A DNA stretch of 64,000 nucleotides. Origin: a virus (taxonomy: Duplodnaviria > Caudoviricetes). Within the stretch, counting starts at the first letter, position 1, and every line of letters starts with the position of its first letter. Under the pieces are notes generated by a model. It did no database searches, was not told where the DNA came from, and was given only the letters and a program-made list of their open reading frames with translations. A program made the translations under genes and the position numbers. Where the stretch lies: IMG/VR virus record IMGVR_UViG_3300037067_005321, positions 32,001 to 96,000 of that record; one strand, 5' to 3'. Of this stretch, positions 18,575 to 27,673 are shown one piece after another.

Positions 18575-18913
18575 TTATTTTTCATCAAAACTATAATGAT
18601 TTCCATCTTTAAATCTTCCCCCCCAAGAACATCTTGGATGAAGAGATTCCCAATATTCACCAAATTGTTTATGTGCTTCTGTGGTAGTTTGATATACTTT
18701 ATTAATATATAAAAGTATATCCATAGCAAGACCTAATTCATGCTTACTACCAACTTTGTGATTAGTAGTAGGTGCTTTTTTTGTTCTATGAATTGTACCT
18801 TCATCAAAAACTGCTTCATACCCTGGTATAGAATTCATATAATCAATCTGTTTACATATTAATTTTGTAAATAGACATCTATCTTCTCTTAAACTCATTT
18901 TATAAATCTCCAA
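18575..18913 (-). CDS. M15-family peptidase endolysin
   Basis: SKHELGLAMD and WGGRFKDGNHYS Zn-binding motifs. Confidence 0.85.
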   Translation of the reverse strand: MEIYKMSLREDRCLFTKLICKQIDYMNSIPGYEAVFDEGTIHRTKKAPTTNHKVGSKHELGLAMDILLYINKVYQTTTEAHKQFGEYWESLHPRCSWGGRFKDGNHYSFDEK

Positions 18914-19037
18914 ATATGTTTTTCATATAAAATACCAAGTCTTTTAGCCAAATATTTATGAATACCTATATTTCTAAGTCTACAATAAATATGAAGTGGA
19001 TTTAGAAAATGACTTAATAAGCTATTCATATTATTGT

Positions 19038-19421
19038 TTATTCACCCACAACCACCCCGACGCTTAGATTTCGTGGAGGATTCGGAATCTCCACTATCGT
19101 CTCGAAAGGGACGGTATATTCTACCTCGTTTGAGGGGTTGCTTTCACCAGCCTCATTAAATGCCTTCACAACCAGATAATAAGTTTCGGAATCTACCCAG
19201 TCAGTAAAGGCTTGAGACATCAGCATATAGTTTTCCGTGGTATCAGGAGAGACTCCTGTGTAAGTCCCAGATGTTATCCCTCTGTATATTCTATATCCCT
19301 CAACTACACTACCGCCATCAGGGGAATCCCATTGTATCATTCCACCATTTGGGATAGAGGCAAAAGAAAAGGTTAGGCAGAATAAAAGTAAGATTGCTGC
19401 TGTGATTAATATTTTTTTCAT
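19038..19421 (-). CDS. Secreted fibronectin type III protein
   Basis: Signal MKKILITAAILLLFCLTFSFA; WD...GYRIY.G...YY.VVKAFN.AGES..SNEV. Confidence 0.8.
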   Translation of the reverse strand: MKKILITAAILLLFCLTFSFASIPNGGMIQWDSPDGGSVVEGYRIYRGITSGTYTGVSPDTTENYMLMSQAFTDWVDSETYYLVVKAFNEAGESNPSNEVEYTVPFETIVEIPNPPRNLSVGVVVGE

Positions 19422-19438
19422 TGTAATAATCCTCCGGG

Positions 19439-20977
19439 TCAATTAAATCTTCCACCATTACCGGCTCCTAAACCTGTCACAGACCCACCTGATCCTGAAC
19501 CAAGCCCCGAGATTGATCCGGCAGCGGTTAAACTTGCACTTGAATTATTAGTTACTGTTTTATCATCTTCTGCTGTGAGGTCATTACTTGAAGCGTCCGC
19601 GGCCTCTCCTGCGCTTGTAACTATATCAAGTGTACAGGTATCCCCAGAATAAATCTGATTCTCATTTAAAAATGTCCACTGACTCGTACCACTTCCCGAT
19701 GAGTAAGTAAGATCAACTCCATCACCGGCAGTTGAGCAGTCAAGATTGAAATCTCCAACATCAACGCTGACGTTGGTAACTGCCTCAGAGAAAGTAACTA
19801 CGGTTGTTGTGCCTCCGACTGGGATTGAGGCAGAGGAAAAAGCGGGGGCTACTTCATCTGTGCCTAGATCCATTGTGTATGCTGGTGATATTTCCCCAGA
19901 AGCATTAACGACATAGAGATATACAGTATCATCATCTTCAAATGACCCTTGATTCAAGGTGAATGTAATTCCTGTATCATTCCATGTCGCAGGTACTTGT
20001 ATTTCTGTATGACTTGCAGAACCATAATCAGGCCATGTTAAATCGTCTGTGTTTGATATAATTATATGTGCTTGTGTACTATCAATATATAATTGATCCA
20101 GATACTCATTACCCGATGGAGCTGATCCTGTAACCTGTCCTATCCTATGCCATCTTACATCGTTTCCATCAGCTTCATTGCCAAAGAAACAAACATTCGT
20201 AGCCCTCCACCATGTTTTTCCATCTACAATGAAAATCGAATATCCATCAGTGTTTCCAGTAGATGTGTTCCAATGTATAAAATATTCAATATGATGCCAT
20301 TGTTGGAGAGGTAGTAAGGTAGCAGTAGTAGGGCTATATGACCCTCCCCCGTACTGCCCTGCTGAAACTGTGTTATAAGCTAATGTACCATTCCATGTTA
20401 AATCACCAGCATTGCCATCCCCTCCTGATATTGTAGCATAGGTTCCTCCAGTATTTTGTACTGTCCATACAGGAGAAGGATAGTAAGGGCTATTGCTGTC
20501 TGTCCAAACTCTATAAAATTTCTCATTTGTATTGTTACCTAACCCATAGGCTGCATAATCTCTATACATCCAGAATGAAACATACGTGTCCGTTGCAGAT
20601 GATTGATTATATCCGACATGATGATAATCTGAACCACTATCAGTCCTTGGCACATAACTTGCTTTTAAGTTGGATTGAGTTATGCTCGCCCTTGGAGATG
20701 CACTTGACAAAATTACATCCCCCTGAGTTGTAGCCCATGACCCGCCCAATGAATCTATTTCATCAGTGTTTGACCCTGATGAAAAATTGTTAGTTGCCGT
20801 AGCATTGTCATAACTAGATATCAATGGGGCAGCTGTTTTTGTTCCGAAACCTGATCCAGCAATCATAATAGTTTGACCATTGATAAAAGTTCCAGTTACA
20901 CTATCAATATCTGGAGCTGCCAATGCCATGCTTGCAAAACCTAAAATTAAAAAGGATATAATGTATTTTATGAGCAT
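19439..20977 (-). CDS. Secreted lectin/LamG-like beta-sandwich protein with C-terminal Ig-like domain
   Basis: Signal MLIKYIISFLILGFASMALA; YVSFWMY, QWHHIEY, IVDGK; C-terminal APAFSSA...VTFSEAV. Confidence 0.6.
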   Translation of the reverse strand: MLIKYIISFLILGFASMALAAPDIDSVTGTFINGQTIMIAGSGFGTKTAAPLISSYDNATATNNFSSGSNTDEIDSLGGSWATTQGDVILSSASPRASITQSNLKASYVPRTDSGSDYHHVGYNQSSATDTYVSFWMYRDYAAYGLGNNTNEKFYRVWTDSNSPYYPSPVWTVQNTGGTYATISGGDGNAGDLTWNGTLAYNTVSAGQYGGGSYSPTTATLLPLQQWHHIEYFIHWNTSTGNTDGYSIFIVDGKTWWRATNVCFFGNEADGNDVRWHRIGQVTGSAPSGNEYLDQLYIDSTQAHIIISNTDDLTWPDYGSASHTEIQVPATWNDTGITFTLNQGSFEDDDTVYLYVVNASGEISPAYTMDLGTDEVAPAFSSASIPVGGTTTVVTFSEAVTNVSVDVGDFNLDCSTAGDGVDLTYSSGSGTSQWTFLNENQIYSGDTCTLDIVTSAGEAADASSNDLTAEDDKTVTNNSSASLTAAGSISGLGSGSGGSVTGLGAGNGGRFN

Positions 20978-21540
20978 AGATACACCCTGAATGTTCTATC
21001 AAAAGTTTCGTTGCTTGACATGTCCCAACTATTATCAACGCTAGTTATAGCCACTCCACCGGCATATCCTGCGGCTGTATCATAATACCATTTCGCAGCA
21101 CCTGCCGTCCCTGATGTCAAAGCTGCACCACAATAATAGGTTGTAGATGCCGACACAGCTCCCTTAGTGACAAAAGTAAATTTTACCCATCCCGATCCAG
21201 ATAAAACGACTGAAGCTGTTGCAGTATAGGATGTTAAATTACTAGATGTACCCCATCTAACTTCGACTGTGGGATGTGTCCCATCGTCATATAAATACAA
21301 TTCTATTGATGACAATGCTCCAGCAGAGCATTGAAATGATTGTCCGATGGCTCCATAATTCTGTCCATCGTAGTAAATAGTTTTAGCTCCAGTATTGGTT
21401 TCAAAATTAACATTTACTGCATCGGTTGAACAAGCCGCCGCACCCCCCATAGAAGCACCCTTTCTACTTGTCCCCACATCAGCACTTGAAGACAGCGCAC
21501 AACATAGTATTAAAACAATAAACAAAAGTAATTTTTTCAT
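20968..21540 (-). CDS. Secreted beta-sandwich protein (virion fibre/adhesin-like)
   Basis: Signal MKKLLLFIVLILCCALSSSA; GQSF...LSSIELYL...GWVKFTF...YY...DRTFRVY. Confidence 0.55.
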   Translation of the reverse strand: MKKLLLFIVLILCCALSSSADVGTSRKGASMGGAAACSTDAVNVNFETNTGAKTIYYDGQNYGAIGQSFQCSAGALSSIELYLYDDGTHPTVEVRWGTSSNLTSYTATASVVLSGSGWVKFTFVTKGAVSASTTYYCGAALTSGTAGAAKWYYDTAAGYAGGVAITSVDNSWDMSSNETFDRTFRVYLCS

Positions 21541-21549
21541 AGAAGCTCC

Positions 21550-23838
21550 TTAATTAACATCAGTCCAAGTTCCAAGAGGACCAAATACAGCAATATTATT
21601 TGCATCAATAGCCATAACCGTAATTGTTTCACCAACCGCATCGGCCTGAATAGCATCCCCGGCAGAGCAACCTAAATAAAGGAAAATGTCAGTACCATCA
21701 TTGGGATTAATAGTTAAGGTTTGGGCTACTGTTACTACAAAAGCAACTGATTTTCCTATCCAGGTAGATGCTTCTGGCAATGTATATATAGTTCCATCTC
21801 CATCACCTGTATTTGTCCATACTTGACCAATTTGTGCAATCGTCATTGCCTCATTATCAATATCGGCAGTTACTTTTTTTGTATCGGTAATCTGCAATGC
21901 AGTCCTGATATCAGTTGCTCCCGAATCTGTAGCAACCAATATTTCATTGTCAGTTGCCGTATTAAAATCAACATTCAAATTCTCGGAACCGGAAATAGCA
22001 GCAGGAGCATCAGCATCCGTCATTGTGCCAAGATAAAGTAATTCCCCTGATGCATCCCACCACACATTAGTATTCCAAGTTCCGGCAGCACTTCCACCTA
22101 CTGTGGCTATCCGAAAATCACCAACCTCTCCATCTTCTGTGGTTGTTGTTTGCTGACCATAAATCTTAACTGTTTCCTCATCTGTATATTCTGCCCCGGC
22201 TGCATCTGAATCCATAAGCCCAGTATAAGGAGAGGCAGCGCCGGCAGACCTTATTTCATCAGCTGTAGTTATAAGGTCGGCATTGGTAGTTAAAGTACCA
22301 GCAGAATGGGTTATAGTCACATTGCCATTATCCCAATTTATAACTCCTCCAGAGGCTAAGAATAAATCAGACCACATAACAGAGGTAGAACCTAATGCCG
22401 CCCCATCAGTGGCATCAGGGAATGATCCGTTTGAAGATATTGTGCTTGTAAATGTAACAGCAGGCGTAAAGGCAAAAGTGCCACCTGTATTGCTCGCAAA
22501 CGTCCAAATATCAGTTCCAGCAGTAAGAGTAAAATCCTCAGAGTTTGCAAACCCCAAGAAAGCATTTGTAGCATATCCAATCTCTCCATCAGCATCAGGG
22601 GTTGTATCTCCAAGAACAATACCACCAAGGGCCAAGGTGCCAAGTCCATCAAATTTTACTCCTGTACCAAGTGAGACCGCCCTTGATCCATCAATGCCAT
22701 TTGTGAAGGTAAGAGCAGGAACCCACGAAGCTCCTGTATTGTCATAGACCTGTATAGCAAAGGTATGCCCTGCATCAGTAGCTTTTGTCCTGATAACGTC
22801 ACCATTGACAAAGGTAAGGTCATACGCTGCATCTATGGTTTCATCCGTTCCGTCAAGCTCAATAAACGTGGTAGGGCTTCCCGCTATATCTGTAACCAGT
22901 GAGGTTACAACATCATACGCCCCCGTCGAGCCACCTCCTATCTGTGCTGTTCCTGCCGCTGCCGTGGAATCCTGTAATAGAAATGTAGGTGTTGGATCTG
23001 TCAGTGTAGGATCTCCGGTTAGAGCCGGGGAAGCTAGAGGGGCATAATTTGAGGCGGTAATATCATCTGCTATCGAAGCATCTGCAATTGGAGAAGTAAA
23101 TGTCACAGCCGGGGTAATTGTAATTAATGCTCCCGTGGTACTTGCTATTGTCCATAAATCAGCCGAGGGAGTAAATACGAGGTCTTCTGAAATGCCACTA
23201 AGTTTGTGAGAAAGGACATCAGTAGAACCAAGGGTTAACTGAGCAGCTCCGGTTACATCAAATATGCCTGAGCTTGTTATCGTACCGGAAGATGTGATCA
23301 CCCCTGCATCAGTCATTGTAATATCAACCGCCGTTACATCTGACCAGTCAATTTCTTCATCACCTATAACATCATCAGGTAATTCTACTTCTCCTTCACC
23401 AGTACCATCAGTAGTTATTGTAACTGAATCAGTAGTTGCATCACCAAGTATACCAGCAATATTACCAAAGTTTATATTTCCACCGCCTACTGTAACATCA
23501 TCAGTTAAAACAAGAGGTTTAATTATATCTACAGTTTCACTTACTCCATCAATTTGAACATATTCAGTATTTTCTCCAGTGGAATCTTCTGTTCTAAGAC
23601 TTAGTATTGTATCATTAGCTCCACCGGAACTACCAGCACCAATTTCTGCTGTTCCTGCTGCATCATTAGAGTCTCTTAAATTTAATGTTGGTGTGGTATC
23701 AGTAATTGTAGGATCTCCAGTTATTTCTGCATTTACTAAGGAAACACTTCCACTTTCACCTGATACATATGGTCCAGCAATACCAATTGATGGAATAATT
23801 AGAAAAAGAAGTAAAGATAATATAGTCTTTTTTATCAT
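21550..23838 (-). CDS. Signal-peptide-bearing fibre/decoration-like protein with internal repeats
   Basis: Signal MIKKTILSLLLFLIIPSIGIA; duplicated TGDPT.TD.TPT and SED.....D.WT.AS.TG modules; C-terminal N.G....YTLP.A..G...F domain typical of phage fibres. Confidence 0.6.
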   Translation of the reverse strand: MIKKTILSLLLFLIIPSIGIAGPYVSGESGSVSLVNAEITGDPTITDTTPTLNLRDSNDAAGTAEIGAGSSGGANDTILSLRTEDSTGENTEYVQIDGVSETVDIIKPLVLTDDVTVGGGNINFGNIAGILGDATTDSVTITTDGTGEGEVELPDDVIGDEEIDWSDVTAVDITMTDAGVITSSGTITSSGIFDVTGAAQLTLGSTDVLSHKLSGISEDLVFTPSADLWTIASTTGALITITPAVTFTSPIADASIADDITASNYAPLASPALTGDPTLTDPTPTFLLQDSTAAAGTAQIGGGSTGAYDVVTSLVTDIAGSPTTFIELDGTDETIDAAYDLTFVNGDVIRTKATDAGHTFAIQVYDNTGASWVPALTFTNGIDGSRAVSLGTGVKFDGLGTLALGGIVLGDTTPDADGEIGYATNAFLGFANSEDFTLTAGTDIWTFASNTGGTFAFTPAVTFTSTISSNGSFPDATDGAALGSTSVMWSDLFLASGGVINWDNGNVTITHSAGTLTTNADLITTADEIRSAGAASPYTGLMDSDAAGAEYTDEETVKIYGQQTTTTEDGEVGDFRIATVGGSAAGTWNTNVWWDASGELLYLGTMTDADAPAAISGSENLNVDFNTATDNEILVATDSGATDIRTALQITDTKKVTADIDNEAMTIAQIGQVWTNTGDGDGTIYTLPEASTWIGKSVAFVVTVAQTLTINPNDGTDIFLYLGCSAGDAIQADAVGETITVMAIDANNIAVFGPLGTWTDVN

Positions 23839-23847
23839 AATATCACC

Positions 23848-24219
23848 TTAATTCTTTGTATAATATATTGTATAAGCCACAGTACCAGCAGCAAGAGTAA
23901 CATCAACATATATACCATTATTATATTGAACACCTGGATCAAAACCAAATACTTGAGTTGTTGAAGAACTTGCAACAACTACCCAAGAATTTATTATTTT
24001 TGTACCGGATGCTGCTGTATTATCATATACAGTAACAGTTACACTATTTACACCATCTGTTAATACAGATATACCATAAAACTTGCCAGCACCACCAACT
24101 ACTTTTGCATCTGCTGCATATGCAGTAGAGGGAATACAATATTCTACTGATTGTGCATAGACTAATGATGGAACACAAAATAATATCATTATAAAAATTA
24201 AATTTAATAATTTTTTCAT
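23848..24219 (-). CDS. Signal-peptide-bearing small virion-like beta protein
   Basis: Signal MKKLLNLIFIMILFCVPSLVYA; G.F.GISV...V.VYDNTAASGT...G..Y.NGIYV motif seen in phage structural proteins. Confidence 0.55.
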   Translation of the reverse strand: MKKLLNLIFIMILFCVPSLVYAQSVEYCIPSTAYAADAKVVGGAGKFYGISVLTDGVNSVTVTVYDNTAASGTKIINSWVVVASSSTTQVFGFDPGVQYNNGIYVDVTLAAGTVAYTIYYTKN

Positions 24220-24222
24220 ATT

Positions 24223-24645
24223 TTACCTCACTTCCTGATTCTCATTACTAATAGGTCTAGTAGTTTGTGGATTAGTTATAAGCTTGTTAAGCAAGTCTTT
24301 TATATCACCTAATTCTTCCTTCAATTCTTTTCTATCTTCTTTTTGAGTAGTTTTTATTTCTTCTATGCCCTTTTGCATAGAATCAACTTTTTCCTTTAAT
24401 ATATAAATATCTTCTGTATGTTTATTAACAGTTTCTGCCTTTGCATATACATAACTAGCAGTATTAGAAGAAAACCAAACCCTTATTCCAGTAGTATAAA
24501 GTGGAATTAAAACCAAAGTACATATAGCTACTATAATTATAGGAGATGGTCTTTTTATATATTCTTTTAAACAAGTTTTATCTGCTTTTGTAACTTTCAT
24601 ATTTGCTATATCATCATGTAGATTTTCATGCTTTTCACATATCAT
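24223..24645 (-). CDS. Single-TM coiled-coil protein
   Basis: Hydrophobic IIIVAICTLVLIPLY followed by heptad-rich region. Confidence 0.5.
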   Translation of the reverse strand: MICEKHENLHDDIANMKVTKADKTCLKEYIKRPSPIIIVAICTLVLIPLYTTGIRVWFSSNTASYVYAKAETVNKHTEDIYILKEKVDSMQKGIEEIKTTQKEDRKELKEELGDIKDLLNKLITNPQTTRPISNENQEVR

Positions 24646-24654
24646 AGAATTCTC

Positions 24655-25047
24655 CTACTTTAACTCTCTCAAAAAAAGATCTGCATAAATATTAGTTGGA
24701 CTAGCTGATGGAGAAGCAACTGTGCTAGGAACTTTAAGACCTAATCTTATTTGAGAAGTAGGATAATTAACTTTTATTAATTTTGATACTGTAGGATTTG
24801 CAGTAGATATAGTTCCAGAATCTATACTAGCTACTCTATCTGAACCAGTAAATTTACCTTCTATTCTATATGTAATGGAATTGGATGTAAGTGTTGCACA
24901 ACAAAGAGATATTACTACATCACTAGCTTTACTAGAAAACCAACCTGTAGCAGTAGTTGTACCACCAGAACTATTATAAACAAAATGGGATGCAGTCAAA
25001 TTATAATTGCTAAACATACTACGCAATGACTGTGCTTGAACTGTCAA
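24655..25047 (-). CDS. Ser/Thr-rich putative virion decoration protein
   Basis: TTG start with GAGGTG RBS; beta-rich; in head module. Confidence 0.5.
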   Translation of the reverse strand: MTVQAQSLRSMFSNYNLTASHFVYNSSGGTTTATGWFSSKASDVVISLCCATLTSNSITYRIEGKFTGSDRVASIDSGTISTANPTVSKLIKVNYPTSQIRLGLKVPSTVASPSASPTNIYADLFLRELK

Positions 25048-25198
25048 AATGAATCACCTCTATAATATAATATCTTCCTTAGTTTTAGAATCAATAGTAG
25101 TCTCAGTATTAGAATAATCAAATCAATATCAATAGGAAAGAGGGAATATGGAAGAATAAAACAATAATAACTATAAATAGATTATAATCATTAGTGTT

Positions 25199-25276
25199 TT
25201 GCCAACTCTCTAAAGCCTAAAGAGTTGGCAAGAAAAAGACTCTCTAAATTTTGCATTGTCAAGAGGCATAGAGAGT
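25199..25276 (-). terminator. Tandem hairpins, probable intrinsic terminator
   Basis: On minus strand ACTCTCTA...TAGAGAGT followed by CTTTTT, then TTGCCAACTCT/AGAGTTGGCAA stem. Confidence 0.55.
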
Positions 25277-25297
25277 ATGGTAAGTTACTGAAATTAC

Positions 25298-25642
25298 TTA
25301 TGTTTGATCACAAAGGCTGGCGACAGTATTGCTGGAAAATCTGTATAGACCGTTACCTGCCAACACTATTGAACCAAGAATAGTTGCACTTTGACAAGTT
25401 AAAGTTGCTTCAGCAGGAAGACTAGCAGCAGTATTTTTACCAGAGAAAAATATAAACTTTCTATTTGCACCAGTTCCTATTTTAATATAACTGGATACAG
25501 TTACAGCAGGAGCACTTGCAGCAGTTCCTACCACTAAATTTGTTGCAGCAACCGTAGCACATGTTACTGTGGCAAAACCTTTTATGTCAACTTTTGCTCC
25601 TGTTTTTGGATATAAATTACTTTTATAATGTGAATTTCCCAT
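25298..25642 (-). CDS. Ala/Thr/Ser-rich putative virion decoration protein
   Basis: Composition and position downstream of the major capsid gene. Confidence 0.5.
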   Translation of the reverse strand: MGNSHYKSNLYPKTGAKVDIKGFATVTCATVAATNLVVGTAASAPAVTVSSYIKIGTGANRKFIFFSGKNTAASLPAEATLTCQSATILGSIVLAGNGLYRFSSNTVASLCDQT

Positions 25643-25739
25643 CTAACACCTTCCATTGTTGAGGTACATAAATATCTGGGTAAATACTTATGATATCATA
25701 TCGGAATAATATGAATCCTCTTTATTAAATAAACTAAGT

Positions 25740-26336
25740 TTATTTTTTCAACACCCAAACTTTCTGCTTGGGATTTGTCCTATCAACTAAATCTACTTTA
25801 TAACCATGTTCTTTGCATAAATAATCAACTATATTAACATTTGTCATTCTGAGAACACTTTCATTCTTATTAGCAATCTCAGATGCTTGTGTTTTATATA
25901 TATTCATCTTTTGTCTAGTTACTTGAGTTTCAGAAATTGGTGTTCCATGCTGATATCTATTAATAAGTTCAATTACTTCCTTTTTGGTTACTTTATGAGT
26001 AGAAAGAAAATCAGATAGTAATTCATTTGGATCTTCTTCTTTTGCAGATAACATATTCTTTCTTAGTTCTTTTTGTGTTATTCCTATATCTTCTATTTGT
26101 GAAGATGATACTACATTATTTATTATATCCTCTTCTTTTATTTCTACTATAGATTCATCATCATCTTTAAATTGATTTTCTGATAAATCTAATACTTCCT
26201 CTTTATTATCTGAATCAACTATCTCAGTTCCCTTCTCATAAACATCATAATCCTCTTTAGACATTTTATGCAATTTACGGATATGGACTGTTAGATTAAC
26301 AAACTTTTTACCACAAACTTTACATTCTTTTTCCAT
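25740..26336 (-). CDS. C2H2 Zn-finger protein, hypothetical
   Basis: CKVCGKKF..L..HIRKLH at the N-terminus. Confidence 0.55.
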   Translation of the reverse strand: MEKECKVCGKKFVNLTVHIRKLHKMSKEDYDVYEKGTEIVDSDNKEEVLDLSENQFKDDDESIVEIKEEDIINNVVSSSQIEDIGITQKELRKNMLSAKEEDPNELLSDFLSTHKVTKKEVIELINRYQHGTPISETQVTRQKMNIYKTQASEIANKNESVLRMTNVNIVDYLCKEHGYKVDLVDRTNPKQKVWVLKK

Positions 26337-26375
26337 ATATAAGCTACCTCCATAGCTGTTTAGTTACATCCGTAA

Positions 26376-26645
26376 CTATTTCTTTAATTTATTATATTGT
26401 TCTGAAACAGACTTTCTTTGCTGACCTAAAGTATCAATATAGATTACATTAGAATCATAATCACTTTCATTACCATAAGCAGACTCTATATCTTTGCGAT
26501 ATGCTTTTAACCCTTCCGAGTTTTTAGCATAAGTACCATATAACTTCTTTCCTTTTTTCCATTTAAAAGCTTCTGACATATCTTTACTAGTAGTAGAAAT
26601 TTCACTAGTAGCAGAAACTGTTAATGTATCCTGATCAAAGCCCAT
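26376..26645 (-). CDS. Hypothetical head-module protein
   Basis: ORF with GAGGTG RBS. Confidence 0.5.
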   Translation of the reverse strand: MGFDQDTLTVSATSEISTTSKDMSEAFKWKKGKKLYGTYAKNSEGLKAYRKDIESAYGNESDYDSNVIYIDTLGQQRKSVSEQYNKLKK

Positions 26646-26649
26646 TTAA

Positions 26650-27516
26650 TCACCTCTTAAAATTTAAGTATAATAGTATACTTTCAAATGTTCTCATTTG
26701 ATCATCTGATATAACCTCATAGGAATATCCATTTTCTTCTGCAAATTTATATCCAGCTTCTATTTTAGCTATAGTTTTTGGAAATTCTAATTTATATTTA
26801 GGTTTTATCTCTTGTATATATCTATCATTAATGATAAAATCTGGTACATAATTTCTAATATGTCCTTCAAATTCATACTTTATTATAAAAGGTTCCATAT
26901 CATATTTGATTACATCATCTGAAAATTCTAAGATATTTAAGTATATTTCTTCCCAAGAGGATCTATATAAAAAAGTTTTATTATTTTTAATTGAATAAAA
27001 ATAACCTTGTTTATGATATTTTCCTCTTATAATTCCTTTAGCAGCATTTTCAGAAACTCTATCAGCAACTTCTGGTATTTTCATTGGATTATCAACACCA
27101 TATTTTTCTAACAAAGTTTTTTCTCTACTATCTTTTGCTTTTAACATTGAAGAAACTTTATGAGTTTTACCAGCAAAAGAATTATTATCTAATTGACTTA
27201 TAGATATTTTATTCTTATGATCTTGTGATAATTTTCTTCCTTTAGTAGAGATATTTCCAATAGCAATTTTACTTTGTAATTCTTTTTTATAATCAGACAT
27301 TAATTTTGCATCTGGAAATAATTTTAAGTATTCTTCTTTAGTTAAATTATGTCTATTTTTTAAATGTTTAGGATTTAAATAAGTTCTTTTTAAACCACAT
27401 ATTTTACACTCAATATAATCTATATTTTCTATTCCATCTTTAAATTTTATCAAAGATTTTTCTACTTCATGTCTTATTAAATAATTAAGAGATCTTTCTC
27501 TAGAAGACATTGCCAT
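26650..27516 (-). CDS. Free-standing TnsA-like PD-(D/E)XK endonuclease with Zn-finger and NUMOD-type DNA-binding modules
   Basis: CKICG...HL..H....EY...FP; LEKYGVDNP; YRSSWE...EPF.I.Y...YVPDF...EIKP. Confidence 0.75.
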   Translation of the reverse strand: MAMSSRERSLNYLIRHEVEKSLIKFKDGIENIDYIECKICGLKRTYLNPKHLKNRHNLTKEEYLKLFPDAKLMSDYKKELQSKIAIGNISTKGRKLSQDHKNKISISQLDNNSFAGKTHKVSSMLKAKDSREKTLLEKYGVDNPMKIPEVADRVSENAAKGIIRGKYHKQGYFYSIKNNKTFLYRSSWEEIYLNILEFSDDVIKYDMEPFIIKYEFEGHIRNYVPDFIINDRYIQEIKPKYKLEFPKTIAKIEAGYKFAEENGYSYEVISDDQMRTFESILLYLNFKR

Positions 27517-27544
27517 GTCATTAACCTCCGTAATAGGATTATTC

Positions 27545-27598
27545 TAGGGTGTGGATGAAGATTACGGCCCCATCCACATTTAATCCTGCCAGACCCTA
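27545..27598 (-). ncRNA. Structured 5' leader with two segments complementary to the RBS region
   Basis: TAGGG/CCCTA outer stem; TGTGGATGGGG/CTTCATCCACA inner stem; CCGTAAT and AGGATTA match downstream ATTACGG and TAATCCT. Confidence 0.55.
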
Positions 27599-27604
27599 TT
27601 TTAT

Positions 27605-27632
27605 AATATAATCATTTTATTTCTTTTGTCAA
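27605..27632 (-). promoter_or_regulatory. Promoter, 16-bp-spacer family
   Basis: TTGACA-N16-TATATT with TGAT. Confidence 0.65.
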
Positions 27633-27673
27633 GTAGTAAAATAATTATAGTCTATAAGTTATTGATATTATTA

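Noticed and set aside
21823-23851. Several plus-strand ORFs opposite the 762-aa gene (and similar antisense ORFs elsewhere, e.g. 30218-30532, 53788-54186)
   Set aside because: Shadow frames of well-supported genes; no RBS; composition mirrors the sense gene.
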